Source of the DNA: an uncultured virus (IMG/VR IMGVR_UViG_3300021197_001731)
Lineage: Duplodnaviria; Heunggongvirae; Uroviricota; Caudoviricetes
Length of the DNA stretch: 21,078 nucleotides
IMG/VR virus record: IMGVR_UViG_3300021197_001731
Strand: one strand, 5' to 3'
The position numbers were made by a program, and so were the translations under genes. Positions 15,269 through 21,078 of this stretch are shown here, one piece after another. The stretch's first letter is position 1, and every line of letters starts with the position of its first letter. Under the pieces are notes generated by a model. It did no database searches. It was not told the origin of the DNA and saw only the letters and a list, made by a program, of their open reading frames with translations.

Positions 15269-15519
15269 GCAATATTCCCGATGATGGGAAATGGCTCTGG
15301 CAATTTGACACTCGTTCCGACTTCGAACGAGCTCAACGCTACATTCAAAAAAAGAAGTTCTACGCCACCCTTACTCATAAGCTTGACCAGGCTGAGGAAG
15401 AGTGGAATCAAACGCAGCCAACTGAGAAACCTACGTGGGAAATCTCAGAAAAAGGGACGTTTGGCACAGACGGATGGTCCATTTCAACCCGTTATAAACA
15501 TCTATCAGAAGATGATTGA
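15265..15519 (+). CDS. hypothetical ORF, probably the -1 frameshift extension of 15128-15268
   Basis: Only a weak TTG start. Lies in the -1 frame directly after an A8G run and is followed by a hairpin. Confidence 0.6.
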   Translation: MSNIPDDGKWLWQFDTRSDFERAQRYIQKKKFYATLTHKLDQAEEEWNQTQPTEKPTWEISEKGTFGTDGWSISTRYKHLSEDD

Positions 15520-15751
15520 AACCGCCATCCCTGTTGTTATTGCAATTGTTACTGGTACAGCCGTGCTTTTTAATAAAGTGGGCAATCGAGTGACAACCTT
15601 AGATACAAGAGTAGATCGATTAGAGTTAAAGTTGGCTGAATCTTATACGTCGAAGCAGGAATTTACAGCCGCTATGGGGCGAATGGAAGATCATTTAATT
15701 CGCATTGAAGACAAGATGGATATGTTAGTTACTATAAATCGCACTACATAA
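15512..15751 (+). CDS. membrane-anchored coiled-coil protein (possible lysis accessory)
   Basis: MIETAIPVVIAIVTGTAVLF transmembrane segment plus heptad repeats. ATG 15512 preferred over 15281. Confidence 0.65.
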   Translation: MIETAIPVVIAIVTGTAVLFNKVGNRVTTLDTRVDRLELKLAESYTSKQEFTAAMGRMEDHLIRIEDKMDMLVTINRTT

Positions 15752-15805
15752 TTAACGAAGAGACAAGTCTTAAGTAAAGTAAAGGCAGTTGCGAATAACA
15801 ACTAC

Positions 15806-16258
15806 ATGGGAATTGCTGAAGACTGGAAGGACCTAATGTTCGACCTCACTTGCTTATCTAAGCAAAGTGCCAAGCGCAGATTTAAAAAGTCAATTAAGTA
15901 TGGATGGGGTGGACTCTGCGGATACTGCAGATGCAATCGAGCAACCACACTGGACCACATAAAACCAAAGTCAAAAGGTGGAGATGGCCGAAGAGGCAAC
16001 CTTCTGCCCTGCTGCCTTGAGTGTAATCACTCCAAAGGGAGTGAACCTTGGTTAGTATGGTTTCAAAGGCAGTCATTTTACAATGAAACTGCAAAAGAAC
16101 TTATTGAAGAATGGATCTCAAACAAACGTTTTATAGAGGAAGAGTTAGGTGATGGAAGCACTAACAATCGAACAACGGTTTGCCTTAACCAGAGCTCGAT
16201 ACGAAGTATCCCGAATGAGCCGCCCAGCCTTGGAAAAAACTGCGTTGCGTCTGCTTAA
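15806..16258 (+). CDS. HNH endonuclease
   Basis: CGYC...TLDHIKPKSKGG...NLLPCCLECNHSKG. Confidence 0.9.
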   Translation: MGIAEDWKDLMFDLTCLSKQSAKRRFKKSIKYGWGGLCGYCRCNRATTLDHIKPKSKGGDGRRGNLLPCCLECNHSKGSEPWLVWFQRQSFYNETAKELIEEWISNKRFIEEELGDGSTNNRTTVCLNQSSIRSIPNEPPSLGKNCVASA

Positions 16259-16475
16259 GTCCCGCATGGAGCTTAAGAACGGTACACAAAACACACTACT
16301 AAAAGCCGGGATCATGTTCAAAATTGATGAGCATCAGGCGGGGTTGCCTGAGATCATTAGTGAAGAAACATTTATGGAGCTGCTACTGAGAGCAGACGAT
16401 GATTTACCAACAAGTATCGACGATCAAGAATATGAGAATGATGATCTAGATGATGATGGTCTTATGATTGGCTAA
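16152..16475 (+). CDS. NblA-like N-terminus with acidic C-terminal extension (candidate)
   Basis: LTIEQRF.L.....V.RMSR..L...L resembles the NblA L(S/T)LEQ.F...V..MSREQ pattern. D-rich tail. Confidence 0.5.
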   Translation: MEALTIEQRFALTRARYEVSRMSRPALEKTALRLLKSRMELKNGTQNTLLKAGIMFKIDEHQAGLPEIISEETFMELLLRADDDLPTSIDDQEYENDDLDDDGLMIG

Positions 16476-16509
16476 AGTTAGCTAGACTTCGACTAGTTAA
16501 TATTTACAT

Positions 16510-16734
16510 ATGGAATATATCTTAGGCCCAGTATTAGCTGTAGCTTTAAGTATTAAATTTACTGCTGAGAAAAGCAAGCTCATGGAAAAGCGTATTGATG
16601 TATTGGAATCCAAAGTGGAGCTTATGGAAAGGTCTTCTACAACGATGGAATCTGAAATGCCAAAACGGATGCTTGCAACAATCGTCCCGCTTGCACAAGC
16701 AGTGAAGAAATTAAATGAGCAAGTTGGTATATGA
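16510..16734 (+). CDS. hypothetical membrane-anchored coiled-coil protein
   Basis: Hydrophobic N-terminus and heptads; TAGACT 21 nt upstream. Confidence 0.6.
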   Translation: MEYILGPVLAVALSIKFTAEKSKLMEKRIDVLESKVELMERSSTTMESEMPKRMLATIVPLAQAVKKLNEQVGI

Positions 16735-16928
16735 ACGTAGGGCAAGCTAAGAAGGTTGCATTTGGAAGTCAACCATCGTATAACTTGCAAGAGTATTTCG
16801 ATGCTTGGCAGTGGCTATATGACAATCAGATAGACCTTAAAGAGCCAGACCTTAGGTACTTAGATAAATTGATCTGTGATGGCTCAGTGATCCCTAGAGA
16901 AGGATACTTCGATATACTAGACAGGTAG
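16731..16928 (+). CDS. hypothetical protein
   Basis: 65 aa with ATGA coupling. Confidence 0.6.
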   Translation: MNVGQAKKVAFGSQPSYNLQEYFDAWQWLYDNQIDLKEPDLRYLDKLICDGSVIPREGYFDILDR

Positions 16929-16941
16929 TCGTAAAGATACT

Positions 16942-17274
16942 GTGAAAAGTGCTGGCCTAAGAAATAAACCGCTTGATCGGCGCTACTTACGTGATGACGA
17001 ACGTGAAACGTATGACGCAAGTGGTGATTACAACGCCCGTGCAAGTGCGTTAAAACGAACGAAAGCTTATAAAGGACAGATGGCATATGAGCAAAACCGT
17101 CCGATCAGAACTGTTACGCGACGTCCTGGTACTGGTGGTATGAACTCAGGCATTGGTATTCAACGCCAACGCAAAGTCAATCAAGCAATGGCTAACGAAC
17201 GTTCAGCCAACTTGCGGCCTGATATGGATGGCACACCGAATATTTACGAACAACTTGATACACGTTACGGATAA
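16942..17274 (+). CDS. hypothetical R-rich protein
   Basis: 110 aa. GTG start 23 nt after TATACT. Confidence 0.6.
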   Translation: MKSAGLRNKPLDRRYLRDDERETYDASGDYNARASALKRTKAYKGQMAYEQNRPIRTVTRRPGTGGMNSGIGIQRQRKVNQAMANERSANLRPDMDGTPNIYEQLDTRYG

Positions 17275-17278
17275 ACAA

Positions 17279-17304
17279 TAAAAAACCTCCGCGTTAGCGA
17301 AGGC
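17279..17304 (-). terminator. intrinsic terminator of the OMP-like gene
   Basis: Minus strand reads GCCTTCGC-TAAC-GCGGAGGT followed by a T run. Confidence 0.75.
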
Positions 17305-17334
17305 TTAGGACTCTTCCTTTGATCAGCTTAGCGC

Positions 17335-17706
17335 TTAGAAGCGATAGGTAGCACCAATCTTGGTACCCAGTGAGAGGGTATCCACGTCAAACTCTTGGTC
17401 TTCTGTGAGGAATGCAACTTCTCCATAGATTTCAAAATTGTTCGAAACATCTGCAACAATTCCAATTTTACCTGATACTTCAGTTTGAGTATCTACGTCT
17501 TCCACATGAATAAAAGCAGGACCTGCTTGCACATAAACGACTACATCTTCACCAGCTTCAATTTCATAACCAGCGTGAACTTCAGTCACACCAACCTCAA
17601 AATCTGATCCGATCCAAGCTGCATTATTTTCGACGTTGGCGTAAGGGCCAGCAAATGCTGGGGCAGAGAGTACAGACAAAGCTGCAATAGCAATAATAGA
17701 TTTCAT
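17335..17706 (-). CDS. small outer-membrane beta-barrel protein (picocyanobacterial/cyanophage type)
   Basis: Signal peptide ending AFA, GPYANVENN, YVQAGPA, SGKIG, YGEV.F and C-terminal GATYRF (BAM signal). Confidence 0.8.
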   Translation of the reverse strand: MKSIIAIAALSVLSAPAFAGPYANVENNAAWIGSDFEVGVTEVHAGYEIEAGEDVVVYVQAGPAFIHVEDVDTQTEVSGKIGIVADVSNNFEIYGEVAFLTEDQEFDVDTLSLGTKIGATYRF

Positions 17707-17774
17707 AATTAAACTAACTAGTATGGATAGCGATTAATACTTATCGCTCTCAATATTATATGTACTAAATAAAC

Positions 17775-17803
17775 AAAAAAAGACCCCCGCTGTTAAGCGA
17801 GGG
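17775..17803 (-). terminator. intrinsic terminator after the YRG peptide gene
   Basis: Minus strand reads CCCTCGCT-TAAC-AGCGGGGG-TCTTTTTTT. Confidence 0.8.
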
Positions 17804-17824
17804 ACAGATAATTAATTGTATAAA

Positions 17825-18007
17825 TTAGTGGGAGTAATTTACGCCACGGTATGTAAAACAACCATGCCGCTCTGCAGGGGCAGTAGAAGAAACTGTGGGG
17901 ATCCCACGGTAACGTGTTTCAGACAGGCGATGAATACGTAGTTCGTTTTGTGCGCGACGATACTCTTTGCGAGCATTTTCGACAGCACGAGCTTGTAATT
18001 GGGTCAT
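17825..18007 (-). CDS. DUF4278-like 'YRG' small protein
   Basis: 60 aa from ATG 18007, with GGAG upstream. Two YRG motifs (RYRGI, TYRGVNY); lies downstream of a glutamine riboswitch. Confidence 0.75.
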   Translation of the reverse strand: MTQLQARAVENARKEYRRAQNELRIHRLSETRYRGIPTVSSTAPAERHGCFTYRGVNYSH

Positions 18008-18036
18008 TGGAAACTCCATAGTGAGGTGTAGTTTCC

Positions 18037-18092
18037 CGTTCCTTCCCTCCATTCGTGAGGTACTTGCGTCTCCCAGTGTGAGGAGATGAACG
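18037..18092 (-). promoter_or_regulatory. glutamine riboswitch (glnA / Downstream-peptide family)
   Basis: CGUUC-A-UCUCC(loop)GGAGA-CGCAAGUA-CCUC(loop)GAGG-GAAG-GAACG: three-stem junction with AGUA/GAA E-loop. TAAACT lies 7 nt upstream. Confidence 0.85.
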
Positions 18093-18109
18093 TATCTATA
18101 GTTTAACAG

Positions 18110-18212
18110 GGACTCCCCCACAAATCGCAGGGAAGAGTAATTACTCAGAGAGAAGCAGCAGAAATCTCTGAAACCTAAAGTGCACCCTGACGCTGCTCTT
18201 CTTCAGGTGCAT
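18110..18212 (-). ncRNA. candidate kissing-loop ncRNA
   Basis: Hairpins at 18181-18211 and 18145-18171 have complementary loops (AGCAGC/GCTGCT). TAGACT at 18217-22 is immediately upstream. Confidence 0.45.
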
Positions 18213-18263
18213 AATTAGTCTAATGAATTTAATAGAATAGTAAGAGATTAATTGTATTTAAAG

Positions 18264-19604
18264 ATGGCAAGGAAAAAATCTGGTAGGAATAATAAACCAA
18301 GTCCAAAACCTTCACGTAAGCCATCACCTAGGCCTTCGCCACGTCCATCACCTAGGTCTTCACCTAAGCCTTCACCTAGGCCTTCACCTAGGCCTTCACC
18401 TAGGCCTTCGGCAAGACCTTCACCAAGGCCAGCTCCAGCTAGGCAGCAAGCTAAAGCAGTCGCTCAAATGAGCGTTAAGGATCGAAGAGCTGGTGCAAAA
18501 TCTGCTGGTGTAAGTCTTAAAAATTATAAAGCAGGTAACACTGGAGCAAAGGCTCAAGCATCAAAGGCTGCTGCTGCAGCTAGAAATAATCCCAAACCTG
18601 CCCAAGCCCCTAGACCTACAGTTAATGGTACATATGGAACTAAGCAGTTAGCAACACAAAGATCGCAGATGTCTGTTAAAGATAGGCGTGCTGGTCAAGC
18701 TGCTTCTGGGTTAAGCATGAAACAATATAAAGCAGGTGGTACTGCACCTCGCGCTACAACTCAGGCAGTTGGTGAAAACGTTGGTGGTGGTACATCTTCA
18801 AACACATTCAAGACCGCTGCCGGTTATCAAATGGAGAAGGGTGCGTATAACAAAAAAGTTACAGATATGTACGAGTATGCCAAAGAGCATCACCCGACTT
18901 CCGGCACGTCAAATATGGCTCCTGACCTTGCAAGTTTTGATGAGGAGGGATACTTAAGTTACGATTCGACCAAGCCGATGTGGCAAGCAAATAATATGTT
19001 GAAAGAAGCAGGGTACAAAGTAGGAGATATGCTTTGGAAACCTGGCAGTAAAGATAATTTAAATGGTCGTGAACTTACTGGACGTATTGCAAAAATTACA
19101 GAGAATGGAAATTACGTTGCTGAGTATGTACACGATGCTGTTAACTCTAGCCATCAAGGGACAGGAAACCGTGGCTATGGTGGCAAAGTAGGACTAGGAG
19201 CTGACCAGTATGCTTATAACAGGCAGTATGAACAAGATAACGATGTTGAGTATGGTCAAGTCAATCAGCAATTAGAAGCAAATGGTGTCAGCGATCAAGG
19301 GATTGATGATTACTGGCAAAATACTGATGCACAAAGGCAATCTATTGCTGATATGCGAAGTGGTGCATCAAACTTTGACGGACAGCAAAGTTTTGATAAT
19401 TACGGAAGTAATGAGTCAGACTTTGAGGCACCTGCACAAGCTGCCAATAATTTTGATTTTCAAATGCCTAATGTTCAACAAAGTATGGGACCTCAATACC
19501 AAGGCTGGCAACAGCAAATGGGTAACACAAGCCAAAGTCCATATGCTACTAGAAGCAAAATGAATTTTAACTTTGATCCTTATAAGTTCCAGCAAGGACA
19601 GTAG
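18264..19604 (+). CDS. low-complexity protein with basic (PSPR)n N-terminus and Q/N-rich C-terminus; possible internal virion protein
   Basis: ATG 18264 is 25 nt after TAGAAT. About 11 PSPR-type units and a duplicated QMSVKDRRAG...YKAG segment. Confidence 0.65.
   Translation: MARKKSGRNNKPSPKPSRKPSPRPSPRPSPRSSPKPSPRPSPRPSPRPSARPSPRPAPARQQAKAVAQMSVKDRRAGAKSAGVSLKNYKAGNTGAKAQASKAAAAARNNPKPAQAPRPTVNGTYGTKQLATQRSQMSVKDRRAGQAASGLSMKQYKAGGTAPRATTQAVGENVGGGTSSNTFKTAAGYQMEKGAYNKKVTDMYEYAKEHHPTSGTSNMAPDLASFDEEGYLSYDSTKPMWQANNMLKEAGYKVGDMLWKPGSKDNLNGRELTGRIAKITENGNYVAEYVHDAVNSSHQGTGNRGYGGKVGLGADQYAYNRQYEQDNDVEYGQVNQQLEANGVSDQGIDDYWQNTDAQRQSIADMRSGASNFDGQQSFDNYGSNESDFEAPAQAANNFDFQMPNVQQSMGPQYQGWQQQMGNTSQSPYATRSKMNFNFDPYKFQQGQ
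18297..18428 (+). repeat. 12-bp coding tandem repeat (CCTTCACCTAGG)
   Basis: About 11 degenerate units, three of them exact and consecutive. Confidence 0.9.
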
Positions 19605-19607
19605 TTA

Positions 19608-20486
19608 TTAAAAAATTAATTGTTGACCAACATTAATCAAATCAACGTTATTAATTTTATTTTTACGTGCAATATCTTCAATAGTTGTGTTGTTTGCTGC
19701 AGCAATTGCTGTAAGCGTATCACCTGCTCTTACTGAATACCCAGTCAACGGGCCTAAAATAGTTAATTCAGGTCTTTCAGCTAAAGCTACACCAGCAGGA
19801 CGTGGTGCAGCTTTTGTGATGACAGGGGGGGCAGTTGGTTTAGTACGAGGAATAACTGGAGGAGGAGTAGTTGGTGAAAGGCTTGTAATTGCAGGAGCAG
19901 GAGTGGCCTCACTCTGGGGAATGATAGGAACGACAGGTTGTGATTTAACTGACGTTGCAGTGGGTTTACTTTGAGTTGCAAAGTTTAGATCATGTGATGT
20001 CATGCCACCACCTTGAGTAGCAGCGAGCGCTAATTCTGCAGGCTTATAAAAAGGTCCACCCGCACGAATCTCTTCTTGTAATTCTTTAACTGACTTATTA
20101 GTATCATATTTGTGCGGCTTGAGACCTATAACTTTTCCCGTATCATCACGTTTAAACGAGCTCATAGCGACATCACCAAATGTATGTTTCGCACCAAAAC
20201 CACCTGGAGTGTTTGGATAGTCTTTGTATTCTGTAACATCAGATCCTCTAGCTCTTGCTGTAGCCTCAGCCTCAATTAATGCGTCCGACATACGACTATC
20301 AACATGACGATCAGTACGTGCTCCTAAGTGAAGAGCACCTTGAGTAATTGCTGGGATAGCTTCTTGCGCTGCAAGAATAGTTCCACCGATTTTAGGATGG
20401 ACTTGTGCACCACCAGGGAGAATACCTTTAAAAATATTTTTATCTACCTGGCCGTAACCTCGGCTCAGGCCATCAAAAAATCCCAT
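19608..20486 (-). CDS. LysM-domain protein with Pro/Thr-rich linker
   Basis: C-terminal YSVRAGDTLTAIA...TTIEDIARKNKINNVDLINVGQQL. Confidence 0.85.
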   Translation of the reverse strand: MGFFDGLSRGYGQVDKNIFKGILPGGAQVHPKIGGTILAAQEAIPAITQGALHLGARTDRHVDSRMSDALIEAEATARARGSDVTEYKDYPNTPGGFGAKHTFGDVAMSSFKRDDTGKVIGLKPHKYDTNKSVKELQEEIRAGGPFYKPAELALAATQGGGMTSHDLNFATQSKPTATSVKSQPVVPIIPQSEATPAPAITSLSPTTPPPVIPRTKPTAPPVITKAAPRPAGVALAERPELTILGPLTGYSVRAGDTLTAIAAANNTTIEDIARKNKINNVDLINVGQQLIF

Positions 20487-20531
20487 GATTAACTATCTTA
20501 GTAATACTATTTTACTTCAAATGTATTTATA

Positions 20532-20717
20532 TTATTTAGATGAACGTCCAAAGTCAAATTCAAATATAGCTCCTTGTAAAAATGGCTTAAGACAGAATAG
20601 TTCTTCCTGATCCATTTCTCCCTGACCAGTCCATTTTTCTAATGTATATGACACAGCCGAATGGAGCGCACGAATAGCACGCTCATCAAATACACATGAG
20701 ACTGATGGTTCTTCCAT
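20532..20717 (-). CDS. hypothetical protein
   Basis: 61 aa. TATAAT lies 7 nt before the ATG, so possibly leaderless. Confidence 0.6.
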   Translation of the reverse strand: MEEPSVSCVFDERAIRALHSAVSYTLEKWTGQGEMDQEELFCLKPFLQGAIFEFDFGRSSK

Positions 20718-20731
20718 AGATATTATTATAT

Positions 20732-21078
20732 CTAGTGAGTAGCTGCCCAGTTTTCACCATGATCAGCAGATGCAGCCATAGGTACACGCAGGTTGTAGTA
20801 CTTACCAGCCTCAGGGGCTGCTGCTTCTAACAAGCGTTTCATACGATCAACCTCTGCAGGTACTACAGACATCTGAACTTCATCATGTACGTATGCACAG
20901 CGGGTGTAGTCACGGTCATAGGTAAGTCCTGCATCATCTAACATTTGCTGTCCAATTACCACCCACCGCTTGGAGATGATTGCTCCGGCAGACTGAAGTA
21001 AGAAGTTGGGACTACTGTGCTCAGCACGACAGAATATAGGACGCCCATCAAGGCCCCTAAGGCGACCAGTTGAGCGAA
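20732..21078 (-). CDS. family A DNA polymerase (T7-like), C-terminal part, 5'-partial
   Basis: Frame open to the window end: LRGLDGRPI...NFLLQSAGAIISKRW, motif C YVHDEVQ, and G.NWAATH end. Confidence 0.92.
   Translation of the reverse strand, partial: RSTGRLRGLDGRPIFCRAEHSSPNFLLQSAGAIISKRWVVIGQQMLDDAGLTYDRDYTRCAYVHDEVQMSVVPAEVDRMKRLLEAAAPEAGKYYNLRVPMAASADHGENWAATH

Noticed and set aside
15281..15511. 5' extension of ORF 15281..15751
   Set aside because: It overlaps the 15265 ORF. The membrane protein logically starts at ATG 15512.
18008..18121. N-terminal extension of the 98-aa ORF 17825..18121
   Set aside because: It runs through the riboswitch and its promoter. ATG 18007 with GGAG is the better start.
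18090..18150. NtcA box near the glutamine riboswitch
   Set aside because: No GTA-N8-TAC is present; GAGTAATTACTC has the wrong spacing.
153..19981. Antisense and alternate-frame ORFs (e.g. 153-347, 1435-1755, 4753-5019, 8557-8823, 11624-11917, 11950-12138, 14380-14820, 15004-15216, 19687-19974)
   Set aside because: These are shadows of better-supported genes, with no motifs or expression signals.

Overview
This window is about 21 kb of an AT-rich tailed-phage genome, most likely a marine cyanophage. That call rests on NblA-like genes, a glutamine riboswitch with a YRG peptide, a picocyanobacterial-type OMP and the 3' end of a T7-like family-A DNA polymerase. Bases 1-10354 are a + strand virion/tail module with two long modular tail fibres, each ending in an intramolecular chaperone (peptidase S74-type) domain. 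Next come a GH19 endolysin, small basic proteins, a LamG protein, a short tyrosine recombinase, a holin-like gene with a probable -1 frameshift, an HNH nuclease, host-interaction genes, a LysM protein and the polymerase. Most notable: (1) fibre modules are joined by a DNA-level conserved palindrome, (CC)GAGC-N15-GCTC(GG), in 14 copies, suggesting an in-frame cassette-shuffling system. (2) The arm-less tyrosine recombinase has a ~125-nt multibranch structured RNA-like element upstream and a pair of inverted lox-like sites around a terminator downstream. (3) A kissing-loop RNA candidate lies in tandem with a glutamine riboswitch. (4) Nearly every gene has its own -10-like hexamer 21-28 nt before the start codon. 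All family calls come from motif recognition by eye; no searches were run.
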